Positions 9,317-19,916 are shown, counted from the stretch's first letter. The stretch is DNA of 64,000 nt from an uncultured Candidatus Saccharibacteria bacterium (GCA_965230975.1 OZ246402.1:379819-443818); one strand, 5' to 3'. The notes: generated from the sequence alone by a model not told the origin. Translations and numbers: made by a program.

Positions 9317-9706
9317 ATGAAATCTCCTTCTGTAGAGCAAATTCGAAATACCTTATTAGCTGTCTGTGTGGCTGTTTCTGCAAGTTTACTTGGATATTTA
9401 CAAAGAGAACCAAGTGCCTCTGAAATTCGTTCTGAAGAAGATTTGTCTAATGAAATTAAGGGCCGATGTGAATCAGATAATATAAATTTAGCAAGTTACC
9501 AAGAAACACTAGATTTCATTAATAAAATAGAAGGTGATTTAAATGCTACCCAACAACTTGTAGTTATAAACGATTCAAGTTTGACTGGGGTAGAGGGGGA
9601 GTATGTTATTGTATTAATAGATACCAATAAAGATTTAAGTGTTTTACCACTAGCAGATTTTAATAATCTACCACCAAATACAACTTCATTTTGCATTGAA
9701 GGCTAA
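9317..9706 (+). CDS. Hypothetical exported protein
   Basis: N-terminal hydrophobic segment, 129 aa. Confidence 0.65.
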   Translation: MKSPSVEQIRNTLLAVCVAVSASLLGYLQREPSASEIRSEEDLSNEIKGRCESDNINLASYQETLDFINKIEGDLNATQQLVVINDSSLTGVEGEYVIVLIDTNKDLSVLPLADFNNLPPNTTSFCIEG

Positions 9707-10812
9707 TTAATTAGTTGGTTAATTATATTTTGCACTTCGGTAATAGAATTAGCCGTCATTAGTTTGGTTCTGGCTTCCCTTGCCCCATCAAAACCTTTTA
9801 TATACCAACCAAAATGTTTTCTCATTTGAACAAATGCTTTTGGGTCTCCATTTTTTTGTATAAACAAGTTTGTGTGCTTAATCATCACTTTTAAGCGCTC
9901 GTTTAAGGGGATGTTGTCTAAATTAATATCCTTAAAAACCCAAGGGTTACCAAAACTGCCTCTACCAATAAGCGCCCCAAAAGCACCTGTTTCTTGAATT
10001 GCTTTTAAGGCATCTTGCCTATTAAGTAAATCACCATTAATTAAAACTGCTTTAGATGTAGAATTTACTGCTTTTTTAAGTTCATTTCTATCTGCAAACC
10101 CGGAGTACATTTGTTTCAGTAGCCTGCCGTGAACTGCTATCCACGAAGGGTTTGCAGAGTCTAATGTGCTTATCCATTGTTCGGTTATTGGTTTGTCATA
10201 ACCAATTCGTGTTTTTACAGAAACTGGTATTAAAACTCTTTGATGTTTAGTTTTATTATCTTGTGCAAGTAAATTAATTTGCCCGGCCGAATGTTTGCTG
10301 TCGGGTTTGTGAATAGTTTCTATCTCCTTAATCTTAACTTTTATTGCTAAATCAACTGCTTTAAAGGTTTTCTCGTTTAAGCCAGTGAGTTGACCATTAT
10401 CTACCCAATCTGCAACACCTTTTTTTACAGATTCTATAATTTCTAAGGCAAGTTGTGGGGTTTTGATTAAACCTGCACCTGCGCCGGATGATGCAACGTT
10501 TTTTGCAGGGCAACCCATATTTATATCTACACCATCAAAACCTAAAGCAGCAATTATTTTGGCGGCGTGGTAAAAATATTCTGGTTCTTTGCCATAAATT
10601 TGCCCAATTATAGGTCTTTGAAGTTCTGAATATTCTAACTCTTTTAAAGTATTAAACCCTGCAATACAAAGCCCCATCACATTTACAAATTCTGTATATA
10701 TTAGATCCGGATTCCCGTATTCTTTTACAATCTCACGCGTAGCGTAATCAGTTATTCCATCCATTGGCGAAAGACCAATTACCGGACTTTGTAAGTTTAA
10801 TATTGATTTCAT
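9703..10812 (-). CDS. dusB: tRNA-dihydrouridine synthase
   Basis: SPMDGITD, DINMGCP, PVSVKTRIG, VHGR and GRGSFGNPW motifs. Confidence 0.93.
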   Translation of the reverse strand: MKSILNLQSPVIGLSPMDGITDYATREIVKEYGNPDLIYTEFVNVMGLCIAGFNTLKELEYSELQRPIIGQIYGKEPEYFYHAAKIIAALGFDGVDINMGCPAKNVASSGAGAGLIKTPQLALEIIESVKKGVADWVDNGQLTGLNEKTFKAVDLAIKVKIKEIETIHKPDSKHSAGQINLLAQDNKTKHQRVLIPVSVKTRIGYDKPITEQWISTLDSANPSWIAVHGRLLKQMYSGFADRNELKKAVNSTSKAVLINGDLLNRQDALKAIQETGAFGALIGRGSFGNPWVFKDINLDNIPLNERLKVMIKHTNLFIQKNGDPKAFVQMRKHFGWYIKGFDGAREARTKLMTANSITEVQNIINQLIN

Positions 10813-10831
10813 TAGGGTATTTTAGCATATC

Positions 10832-11818
10832 CTATAGAGTAGCATTTTCAGGTTCGATTTCTATTTCTAATATTTCAAAATTTGTTCCAATCCTTAACCT
10901 TGTTTCTGATGCTCCCACTCCAGAAGATAAAAGTAGTTTTGTGGTTTTAGAAATTTCATAAATACCTTGTGTTAACCATTTTCTCATTGTTGGCATAGGC
11001 AATCTAAATCCTAAAAAGTTTATTTGCCCGCTGTGATTGTGTCCGGAAAGTATTAAATCGATATCATTTAAATCTTCTGTGTAAGAGATTATGTCCGGGT
11101 TGTGAGAAATTAGTATTTTATATTGATTATTTTTAGATCCTTTTAAGGCTCTATTAATATCAAAATCAAGAGTGTATAAGTCTTTTATTCCCCCTATAAA
11201 GATTTCATTGGTTAATTGATAACCTTCATTTTGTAAAACTTGAATATTGCACTCTTCAAGCTTTTTAATCAATGCTACTTCGGTTTCTTTTGTATATTCT
11301 TTAGATATGTAAAGGTGGTCATGGTTGCCTAAAACTGCCAGTTTTGACCCATTGATATTTTTAAGAACAGACACTAACTTGGGTGTAAAGTTATGATTTA
11401 AGATATCTCCTCCTATTATTGTTACATTTGGGTTTAATCCGTTAATTATATTAATAATCTTATTTAGTTTGTATTTATTTGTTTCTGTCCAAAAGTAGCC
11501 AATGTGTAAATCGCTAACAAATGCTATTTTGACCGGTTGAGTAATTTTGTTGCTTACAAATGTGTATCTTTTTACCTTTATATTATAAAAATTTATTGTT
11601 ATATAAATAATCCAAAGTAAGCTAAAAAATAGTGCTATAGAGTAGAGGATTGCAAATAGCTCAATTGTTAATGTTAAATAAATATTTAAAATAACTGGAA
11701 TTATTGGTAGTAGTGCAGGTATAAAATCTATGCAATACCCAATAATTTGGTGATATACTTTGGTAATTATAGACGCCTGAGGAATATTAATAGGTTTGGA
11801 TTTATAAATTTGGATCAT
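10832..11818 (-). CDS. Membrane-bound metallophosphoesterase (YkuE-like)
   Basis: SDLH, GGD, GNHD, SHNPD and SGHNHSGQ motifs; N-terminal TM segments. Confidence 0.92.
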   Translation of the reverse strand: MIQIYKSKPINIPQASIITKVYHQIIGYCIDFIPALLPIIPVILNIYLTLTIELFAILYSIALFFSLLWIIYITINFYNIKVKRYTFVSNKITQPVKIAFVSDLHIGYFWTETNKYKLNKIINIINGLNPNVTIIGGDILNHNFTPKLVSVLKNINGSKLAVLGNHDHLYISKEYTKETEVALIKKLEECNIQVLQNEGYQLTNEIFIGGIKDLYTLDFDINRALKGSKNNQYKILISHNPDIISYTEDLNDIDLILSGHNHSGQINFLGFRLPMPTMRKWLTQGIYEISKTTKLLLSSGVGASETRLRIGTNFEILEIEIEPENATL

Positions 11819-11853
11819 ATGCTTGTATAGTTAATCTTAAATTGGTTTAAATT

Positions 11854-13263
11854 TCAATTGTTTTCATTTAAAGCAACTATAATTGATTCTGTCGTGATAT
11901 TGGACAGAGTGCAGATCTTGTGGATAACTTCTTGGATCTGCGAAGTAGAGTGCCTAAAACCTTTTTGTGAAATATATGCATCATCTTCTAGTAATGTTCC
12001 AAATTCTTGAAGATATGTACCGTTTTGAAAATATGCTTGTACATTTACTATGCTTAAAATTCTAGATTTGAGCTCTTCTTGGGTGGTATTATCAAATATT
12101 TCTGGCCTACATAACTTGACTCCTGTTAAAATTGTTTTTGTGGATAAGTCTTGGGCTCTTTTATTTTGTAAAGAGTATTTTGCTATTAATTTAAAGTATT
12201 GATCCTCGCCTAACTCATGTTTAATGTTAGAAAAGGTTTTAGGGTAAAAATAAATTGGTTTTAGCCCTAAAGATTCTAAAAATCCAACCTCCTCTATAAA
12301 ACCTAAAGACGACTGCTCTACTGTTAAATTTACAATTCTAATTATTGATTTAGTTTTTAATTCTTGTGAATAATATTTAATCCATGGATATGAATTGGTC
12401 TCCGAACCCGGTGGTATTACTATTAAATCTGAATTATTTATTAAAGAGATGATCTCTTTAGATTTAGTTGCCTTTGAATTTGTTTTTGGGTCAAATGCCT
12501 CATAAAATTCAACTTTTACCGGAAACTCTATTGTATCAATATTCCCCTCTCCTTTTTCAATAACCTCTCCCCTTTTGTTTTGAATTAGCAAATCTAATCT
12601 TTTGTTATCTATTAAATGAATAAATATATTTTGTGGAAATATTCCTATATTTTGAATGATCTCACAGATTTTTGAGTATGGATTTTCATTAAATATTTTT
12701 TTATACGAAAACATTAATGCTGAAAAAAACAAGTTACCAATAGTGTGTTTGTTGTAAAGATTATCTTCTTTTTTTAGTAATGATTCGTATCCATTGATGT
12801 ATTTTTCTAAATACTCTTCTAAAATATTCTCTGGCAGGTACTTCTCTATTTCATTTCCATTTTTGCAATAGATTTTTACAAGAGATATTAAGGCTTTCAA
12901 TTCTAACCAAAGCGAATCTTTTAATTGATTTAAATTATTATTAAAGCCTATTCTCTTTTGAATCAATTGCGACATTACGTCATTTTGAATACTATCTGCC
13001 CAAATATTTCTTAAATCCCCAAGGGGAATATAATCGACATTAATTTCTTCTGATATAAGTCTTAGTAGTCCACTATGGCCTCCATCATCCACAACTCCAA
13101 TGCAAAGGTGAGATTCGATTTTTGTGCTATTGTTTGGTTGTTCCCAGGCTAGTTTACAGGCAGTTGTTCCATGCCCACCAGCCACAAAGTATGTTACTAT
13201 TCTTTTTCTTTTCAAATTTTGAAAATAATGTAGAGCTATTTTACACCATGTTTGTGTATTCAC
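11854..13263 (-). CDS. YvcK/CofD-family protein (divergent)
   Basis: GGHG, VDDGGHSGLLR, LGDLRN, HTIGNL, GEGNID and PGS motifs. Confidence 0.82.
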   Translation of the reverse strand: MNTQTWCKIALHYFQNLKRKRIVTYFVAGGHGTTACKLAWEQPNNSTKIESHLCIGVVDDGGHSGLLRLISEEINVDYIPLGDLRNIWADSIQNDVMSQLIQKRIGFNNNLNQLKDSLWLELKALISLVKIYCKNGNEIEKYLPENILEEYLEKYINGYESLLKKEDNLYNKHTIGNLFFSALMFSYKKIFNENPYSKICEIIQNIGIFPQNIFIHLIDNKRLDLLIQNKRGEVIEKGEGNIDTIEFPVKVEFYEAFDPKTNSKATKSKEIISLINNSDLIVIPPGSETNSYPWIKYYSQELKTKSIIRIVNLTVEQSSLGFIEEVGFLESLGLKPIYFYPKTFSNIKHELGEDQYFKLIAKYSLQNKRAQDLSTKTILTGVKLCRPEIFDNTTQEELKSRILSIVNVQAYFQNGTYLQEFGTLLEDDAYISQKGFRHSTSQIQEVIHKICTLSNITTESIIVALNENN

Positions 13264-13307
13264 AATAAACTATGGTATTTTAAATTGCTAGATGATAAAA
13301 TTCATAA

Positions 13308-13532
13308 GCACACATTGACAAAGGTTCCCAGCCTTTTGAGTGGTTAGAAAACGGTTCTTTACTTTAAGAAAATAATCTAATTTAGTAAGCTTACTAAAGC
13401 ACAAAATTAAGCAAGCTGTTAAATGCAGCTAACAAGGTTTAAATAGTAATATTTAAACAAAGTAAGGTGGTACCATGAGTTTAAACCTCATCCTTGCAGA
13501 TAATATTTTGTCTGTAGCGATGAGGTTTTTTT
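13308..13532 (+). promoter_or_regulatory. T-box riboswitch (Pro specifier, ultrashort Stem I, transcriptional terminator)
   Basis: Antiterminator AAGG-TGGTACC-ATGAG...CTCAT-CCTT (13464-13495); overlapping terminator 13483-13532; K-turn Stem I 13311-13342 with loop TTCCCAG; lies upstream of proS. Confidence 0.9.
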
Positions 13533-13880
13533 ATGACTAGAATAACGTCTACAAATACTGAATATTTTAGGGAAAAGAATTTACAAGTTTGTTTGGAACT
13601 TCTTTCTGATAACGGAATGGACAAATCAGAAAAAACCATACTTTTAGTTGGGGCCTCTGCAAAAGAGTTAATCTCAATAAGAATTCTTGCTCTTAGAATG
13701 GGATTGTCAAAATACAAATTTGTTGGCATAAATAATAATGATGAACAGGTACAAAGATTCTTTGAATACCAAAATGATTCAATTTACGATACATGGCTTA
13801 GCCCTGAATTGCCACTAGAAGTTAATGTATACACTAAATCACAAAACAATCCCGTTGTGGGTGAAAATAGATTAAAATAA
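13533..13880 (+). CDS. Hypothetical protein between the T-box and proS
   Basis: 115-aa ORF; ILLVGAS resembles a Rossmann first strand. Confidence 0.55.
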   Translation: MTRITSTNTEYFREKNLQVCLELLSDNGMDKSEKTILLVGASAKELISIRILALRMGLSKYKFVGINNNDEQVQRFFEYQNDSIYDTWLSPELPLEVNVYTKSQNNPVVGENRLK

Positions 13881-13905
13881 CTTTATTTAATATTATTTTT
13901 AAAAC

Positions 13906-15609
13906 ATGAGATATTCAAAATTATTTGGGAAAACAATAAAAGAAGCTCCAGCAGATGCAACAACAGCATCTCATAAACTATTGTTTCAGGCCGGATTTAT
14001 TAGGGAATCAGTTGCAGGCAGATATTACTTTTTACCTCTTGGAAATTTAGTAAGAAAAAAGATAATGCAAATCGTTAAAGAAGAGATGGATAAAGCTGGT
14101 GCAGAAGAGGTTTTAGCTCCAACCTTACACCCTTTAGAACTTTGGCAAGAGACAAATAGAGTTGATTCTTCCAATTTTGAGTTAATGACAATCAAAGATA
14201 GAAGAGGTGCAGGCTTTGCATTAGGTGGAACAGCAGAGGAGATGATAGTGGATTTGGTTAGAAAGTTTCAAATTAGTTATAAAGACTTGCCATTTAATAT
14301 CTACCAATTTTCAACAAAATTTAGGGATGAAATGAGAGCAAAAGGCGGTTTAATGAGAGCAAGAGAATTTACTATGAAAGATGGCTACTCTTTTCATGCC
14401 ACATCTGAGGATTTTGAAAAAGAGTACAAAAACATGTGGGAAACATACGAAAGAATTTTTGGTAGATTAGGTTTAGATGTAATAGCAGTTGCTGCAGATA
14501 ACGGCTATTTTGGAGGAGATTATTGTCATGAATTTGATGTATTAACTGATGTTGGAGAAAGTATATTCTTTGTATCTGAAGATGGAAAATATATAGCTCA
14601 CGAAGATATAGCCACTTTTGTAGTAGATGATAAGAATAGCTCAGAAGAGATGGGCGAATTAAAAGAGGTAGATGCAGTTAGAGGAAACACAATGGAAGAT
14701 GGAGTTGCATTCCATGGCTTACCTGATTGGCAACAGATGAAAGATGTGATGTTTACAGATTTAAAAGGTAATTTATACTTAGCAATAATAAGAGGTGATC
14801 TAGATGTGAATAAATCCAAGTTAGAACATGTAGTTGGAAAGATAGGTCAATTATCTGCTGCAACAGAAGAACAGATTAGATCAATTGGTAGTGAGCCTGG
14901 CTTTATTTCTCCACTTGGTTTAGAAACTAAAGTAACAATCATTGCAGATAAATCAATTAGAACTGTAAAGAATTTTTATGGAGGTGCTAATAAGAAAAAT
15001 AAAGATGTTTTGAATATGAATATTGATAGAGATTTTAAAGCTAAATTTGAAGCGGATATAGCTATGGCGCAAGAAGGTTTTGAGTCTTTAGAAAATCACG
15101 GTAAGCTTATCAAGAAAAAAGGGGTAGAAGTTGGAAATATTTTCCAACTAGGTCAACATTACTCTACTTTAATGAAGAATGCTGTATTTACAGATGCCAA
15201 TGGTAACTCAGAGAAATATTACATGGGTTGTTACGGTATTGGAATTGAAAGAACTTTATCTACAATAGTAGAGGTTCATAATGATGACAAAGGAATTATT
15301 TGGCCAGAAGCTGTTGCACCGTTTAAAGTTCATTTAGTTGGTTTAAATTTAGAAGATGAAAGTGTTAGATCTAAAGCAGAAGAGTTGTATAAGCAATTGA
15401 CTGAACAAGGAGTGGAAGTTTTATTTGATGATAGAATTGAAACTAGACCAGGAGAAAAATTTGCAGATGCAGATTTAATTGGAATACCTTACAGAGTTGT
15501 TGTTAGCAAAAAATCTATGGAACATGGCGGGTTTGAATTAAAGAAAAGAAGTGAGTCAAACTCAGAAATAGTTAAAGAGGAATCTTTAATTACTAAGCTT
15601 TCAAACTAG
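13906..15609 (+). CDS. proS: Proline--tRNA ligase (bacterial type with insertion domain)
   Basis: MRYSKLF, KFRDEMR, REFTMKDGYSF, EVGNIFQLG, MGCYGIG and KFADADLIGIP motifs. Confidence 0.98.
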   Translation: MRYSKLFGKTIKEAPADATTASHKLLFQAGFIRESVAGRYYFLPLGNLVRKKIMQIVKEEMDKAGAEEVLAPTLHPLELWQETNRVDSSNFELMTIKDRRGAGFALGGTAEEMIVDLVRKFQISYKDLPFNIYQFSTKFRDEMRAKGGLMRAREFTMKDGYSFHATSEDFEKEYKNMWETYERIFGRLGLDVIAVAADNGYFGGDYCHEFDVLTDVGESIFFVSEDGKYIAHEDIATFVVDDKNSSEEMGELKEVDAVRGNTMEDGVAFHGLPDWQQMKDVMFTDLKGNLYLAIIRGDLDVNKSKLEHVVGKIGQLSAATEEQIRSIGSEPGFISPLGLETKVTIIADKSIRTVKNFYGGANKKNKDVLNMNIDRDFKAKFEADIAMAQEGFESLENHGKLIKKKGVEVGNIFQLGQHYSTLMKNAVFTDANGNSEKYYMGCYGIGIERTLSTIVEVHNDDKGIIWPEAVAPFKVHLVGLNLEDESVRSKAEELYKQLTEQGVEVLFDDRIETRPGEKFADADLIGIPYRVVVSKKSMEHGGFELKKRSESNSEIVKEESLITKLSN

Positions 15610-15615
15610 ACTTTT

Positions 15616-15640
15616 AAAACGGGGCCCGAAGGGCCCCGTT
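15616..15640. terminator. GC-rich terminator hairpin between convergent genes
   Basis: AACGGGGCCC-GAA-GGGCCCCGTT preceded by an A-run. Confidence 0.8.
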
Positions 15641-15717
15641 GCTTAACAACTTTAATTAGCGATTAAACTACTGAATTACATCTCAGCAGGCTGAGATTGC
15701 TTTATATTCCAGCTAAA

Positions 15718-17439
15718 TTACATTTCTACACATTGAGATTCTATTCTAGTATTTAATTCATTAAAAAATCTCTTTCGTTCTGATTCGTTTCCTCTAAAAC
15801 AGTCATGAAAATGTATTAAGGCTCCTTGCATTTCTCTCACTCGTAACTGGAGTTCTTTAAATTTATCAGGAGATATATATTCTAGAATACTAATAAGTTC
15901 ACCCGTTCGTAAATCTACCAGATTAAAACTAATCTGATTATTAATAATGTCTAATAAACCCTCGTCATCTAAATTAAAGTGATGAATTCGCAAAAAACCA
16001 TCTTCTTGATGATATGAATTTGAATGTTCTTTAATTAATTTTGCAGCCATTTGAAGCATATATGTAAAAGCATAAAGTTCTGTTGCCTCTTGATGATTTA
16101 TATACCACCATAAAGAAGTTTTTAAGTCGTATACATCTATTTGATTGCCATATTGACCTCTAGTTTTAATTTCAATATCTGGCCTGCATTTTAAAACTAG
16201 ATAATAAACTGCTTCGTCCAGGCTAGTTATTGTTTCGTCCTTTTCATCGTAAAACAAAGCAATAGGTTGCCTCTCAGATTGAGACGCTTTTATTATTGCT
16301 TTCTTCTTTTTTTCATCACGAATTCCACTTAGCCTAACTTTTGGATTATATGGGTGCATGTATCCATTTGGCGATTTAACTGGCAGTGTATGCACATGAG
16401 TTGATTGTTCTATGTTTATTTCTTGAATATCTTGGGTGTAAATATTGTTAAAAAATATTGCAGAGGTTAGTAAGTTTAAAATTAGCTCTCTAAAGTTTAG
16501 AATAATTAATAGCCTATATTGCTCGATTTTTTCTTGAAGAAGCGATTCTTTATCTGGGCCATCAATTGGGTCCTCCACTTTCAAATCCATAACTTCTTGC
16601 TTGAGTTGTAAAAATAGAATAGTGCTAAAAACTATAAGAGATTTACCAATTGCATCTTTAAATGCTTTGTCTTTGCTGGGGTGTTGTGCAAATTGATTAT
16701 TTAAAAACTCATTTTGAAGCAACTCAATTGGGAATAATTGCAAATATGCACCATGAGTTTTTTCTAGTAAACTTAAGTCAGATTCCATTACATTTTCAAT
16801 TCCACTTAAGTAACTTACAAGTCTGCCAACTTGCTCTCCATACTTTATATTCAAGGCCTTTTGAGCCTCTATTTGCACTTCTTGAGAGTGTGTATATCCA
16901 ATCCACCCTAGGTTTCTACCAAGTTCAAAAGCGAAAGGTGAAACTCCATAGGAAAGTAAATGGTTCATCTCTCCTAAAATCATTGACTCAGTTTTTTCTG
17001 TTTCTACCTCTTGAACTTCCCTGACTTCTATACAATTGTTAAAAATCTGATCATTAAATTTCAGAGCATCGTGTGCGCTAAAGGAGGTAGTAAATCCAAG
17101 TGGTTTAAATGATTTTATTCTTTCAGTCTGGTTATGATTTTCATCTTTTGGAACTGGCCTTCGTTTTCCCCATACCCAAGTGTCTATATACCCTAGCACT
17201 CTCAAAGTCTTAACCTGCTTTTCCTCGATTTCTGGTTCTGGCTCCTCAGGTTTTTCTGAGTGCCTTAAGTTACATTCATGATTTAGTAGTTCGGTAATAA
17301 ATCTTTGGTAAGGAACGGTTAATTGATTTGGGTGTTCTAAAATCTGGTAAACAATATTTGGTTGTTGTGCAATTTCATAATCTAAATTTAGGGACGATTG
17401 GCCTTGAGATGGGTTGAATTTTGGCCTTCCCCAAGGCAT
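15718..17439 (-). CDS. Hypothetical protein
   Basis: 573-aa ORF, no recognised motif. Confidence 0.8.
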   Translation of the reverse strand: MPWGRPKFNPSQGQSSLNLDYEIAQQPNIVYQILEHPNQLTVPYQRFITELLNHECNLRHSEKPEEPEPEIEEKQVKTLRVLGYIDTWVWGKRRPVPKDENHNQTERIKSFKPLGFTTSFSAHDALKFNDQIFNNCIEVREVQEVETEKTESMILGEMNHLLSYGVSPFAFELGRNLGWIGYTHSQEVQIEAQKALNIKYGEQVGRLVSYLSGIENVMESDLSLLEKTHGAYLQLFPIELLQNEFLNNQFAQHPSKDKAFKDAIGKSLIVFSTILFLQLKQEVMDLKVEDPIDGPDKESLLQEKIEQYRLLIILNFRELILNLLTSAIFFNNIYTQDIQEINIEQSTHVHTLPVKSPNGYMHPYNPKVRLSGIRDEKKKKAIIKASQSERQPIALFYDEKDETITSLDEAVYYLVLKCRPDIEIKTRGQYGNQIDVYDLKTSLWWYINHQEATELYAFTYMLQMAAKLIKEHSNSYHQEDGFLRIHHFNLDDEGLLDIINNQISFNLVDLRTGELISILEYISPDKFKELQLRVREMQGALIHFHDCFRGNESERKRFFNELNTRIESQCVEM

Positions 17440-17556
17440 TTTACTTAATTGTAGTTAATAGAAGTAATTTCATGGCTAGGGACAGAATATTACTGCTAAC
17501 TACTTAGGTCAATGAAGTTTTTTACTATGAGATATTTGGTAGTAAATGAAATAATC

Positions 17557-17982
17557 CTAAAACAGTTTGTTTCTATTAAGGTCTTTGTAGGTGCGTCTTT
17601 CTTGATCACGATAACCTTTACTAGCACCCCGAATTTCTGCATGAAGATATGCAGCTGATTTAATAGAATTAATTCTATCAATTTCATACTTCGCATAATT
17701 AGCTAATTCACTTGCAGATGATTCACTTTGGAACATAACCCTAAGTTTTCTAATGGCTTCTAATACAGCTTCTCTTATTTGCTTTATTGCGATTTGTTCA
17801 AAATTTTGATGACATATGTCATCATTACCTAAGCTATTCGAAGTGAGACTTCTGCTAAACTCATCGGGGAGAGATCTTACAGGAATAGGTGTAATTAACA
17901 TATTTAATTGGTTTATTGCATCTTCTAATATTTGTTTTTTACTTGGTAGTAAAGTATCTAACTGTATTTTATTTTCAGACAT
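17557..17982 (-). CDS. Hypothetical protein
   Basis: 141-aa ORF; TATAAT 5 nt before the ATG. Confidence 0.65.
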   Translation of the reverse strand: MSENKIQLDTLLPSKKQILEDAINQLNMLITPIPVRSLPDEFSRSLTSNSLGNDDICHQNFEQIAIKQIREAVLEAIRKLRVMFQSESSASELANYAKYEIDRINSIKSAAYLHAEIRGASKGYRDQERRTYKDLNRNKLF

Positions 17983-18043
17983 AGTTGATTATATATCAAG
18001 TATATAATTATAACATGACGCTGATAAAATTTAGAGTAGTGTG

Positions 18044-19840
18044 TTAATCTACAAACTTTCTTAACCACATTTCTGTAATGAAAAGTCTCCAAAAGAACAT
18101 TATGTCGCCTTTCTTCTTGCCATCCAGTGCTTCTTGAAACTCTTTAATCGCAAGTTGTGCGTCCCAGAAAGGTCTATTTTTAAAGCTTTCAGACTCAAAA
18201 ATTTCCATAAATTTATCTCTCTTTCTTTCAATCCATTCCCACTCAGGATTTGTAAAACCAACTTTAGATCTTCTTAATCTATTCTTTTCTGGAATTAAAC
18301 CTTTAACAGCGTTTCTGTAAATAAATCTATTCCATCCATGCTTGATTTTTTGATCTATAGGAAGATTGAAAATATATTCAACAACTACATGGTCAAAGAA
18401 TGGAACTCTGGATTCTAAAGAATTTGCCATAGAGTTTTTATCTTCGTACCTTAAAAGTGATGGAGTAGTAAGCTTTGTTACATCTTCGAATAATCTTTCG
18501 TTTAAATTTTTAAATGATTTAAATTGAACTTTATTTTCAGAAACTTTATTAACAATCCCATGAATATCTATTCTAGCCTCGTTTTTAAATTGTTGAACTA
18601 ATCTATCAAAAAAGAACTTTGAGTATAAATCTTTCCCAGCAAAAATTTCTCGCAAACCATCTAAATACTTTCCATTATCAATTGCAGAATTTAGATAGGT
18701 TTGAAAATACGGAATATACCCTGCGAGAAGCTCGTCACCGCCTTGTCCGCTTAGTAAAACCGTTACTTTTTTGCGAGCTTCTCGCATAACAGTATAGTAA
18801 GCATAAGGTGCTCCACTAATTACAGGTTCTTCTTGATAGTAAAGCCAATTATCAAAATCTTCCCAAAATTTATCTACTTGGGGGATTATCTTTACTGATG
18901 TTGCACCTGTAAAATTAACAACTTCATCTATGTACTCCTCTTCGTTTATAGTTTCTCCTGGGTGAACTGCAGAGAAAGCATAAAATGGTTGCTCTGAATG
19001 TTTTTGTTTGTACAATGCAGTTGCAATAGATGTTATTCCACTAGAATCTAATCCTCCAGATAAAGTTACTCCGACTGGTACATCTCCAACTAAATGTAAA
19101 TCAATTGCATTAACAAAAACCTCTTTAAATTCTGCTGCATACTCTTCATCTGATTTACTAGATGCAAATTGTGTGGTGAAAGTAGGGTCCCAATATTTTT
19201 CTATTCTAAAATTGCCCTGGTTGTCTAAAATCATGTTATGGCCGGGCATTAATCTTTTTATATTCTTAAAGAATGTATTCTTGCTGTCATCATGCACTCT
19301 ATATCTTAAGAACTTTTCTACTTCATGTGCATCTGCACTTCTATCAATTGGAAATTTTAAAATTGCTTTTATTTCAGAAGAAAATAAGATTCTTCCATCA
19401 AATTCTGTGTAGTATAGTGGCTTAATTCCAAGTCTATCTCTTGAAATTATTAATACATCTTCTTTTACATCGTAAATAACAGTTACAAACATTCCTCTTA
19501 ATCTTTTTATAATGTTTAATCCCCATTCTTCATAACCATGAGCTATTACTTCTGTGTCAGATTCAGTTTTAAAGGTGTGTCCAGCTGCAATTAGTTCTCT
19601 TTTAATTTCCTGATAGTTATAAATTTCTCCGTTTAAAAATACTTGTACACTTTCATCTTCTGTTTTTACGGGGTAAATATTTTTATGAAGGTCAATAATT
19701 GCAAGTCTTCTAAAGCCAACACTAAAATTTTGAGTTTCCAAAAACGCCTCGTCATCTGGGCCTCTATGAATAATTGAATCTGCCATCTTTTTTATCATGA
19801 CAGAATTTCTGCTCCCACTAAAACCAACTAATCCACACAT
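18044..19840 (-). CDS. asnB: Asparagine synthase (glutamine-hydrolysing) family amidotransferase
   Basis: N-terminal MCG, HRGPD, NGEIYNY, LSGGLDSS and ESRVPF motifs. Confidence 0.95.
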   Translation of the reverse strand: MCGLVGFSGSRNSVMIKKMADSIIHRGPDDEAFLETQNFSVGFRRLAIIDLHKNIYPVKTEDESVQVFLNGEIYNYQEIKRELIAAGHTFKTESDTEVIAHGYEEWGLNIIKRLRGMFVTVIYDVKEDVLIISRDRLGIKPLYYTEFDGRILFSSEIKAILKFPIDRSADAHEVEKFLRYRVHDDSKNTFFKNIKRLMPGHNMILDNQGNFRIEKYWDPTFTTQFASSKSDEEYAAEFKEVFVNAIDLHLVGDVPVGVTLSGGLDSSGITSIATALYKQKHSEQPFYAFSAVHPGETINEEEYIDEVVNFTGATSVKIIPQVDKFWEDFDNWLYYQEEPVISGAPYAYYTVMREARKKVTVLLSGQGGDELLAGYIPYFQTYLNSAIDNGKYLDGLREIFAGKDLYSKFFFDRLVQQFKNEARIDIHGIVNKVSENKVQFKSFKNLNERLFEDVTKLTTPSLLRYEDKNSMANSLESRVPFFDHVVVEYIFNLPIDQKIKHGWNRFIYRNAVKGLIPEKNRLRRSKVGFTNPEWEWIERKRDKFMEIFESESFKNRPFWDAQLAIKEFQEALDGKKKGDIMFFWRLFITEMWLRKFVD

Positions 19841-19916
19841 GTTTAAATTTTAAGATTTAAATTGTACTCGTTTATATTACCACGCAAGGTAATTTGTAGA
19901 TATAAAAATTTGAATC

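Noticed and set aside
13481-13729. 82-aa minus-strand ORF
   Set aside because: Antisense to the T-box terminator and the plus-strand ORF; no protein features.
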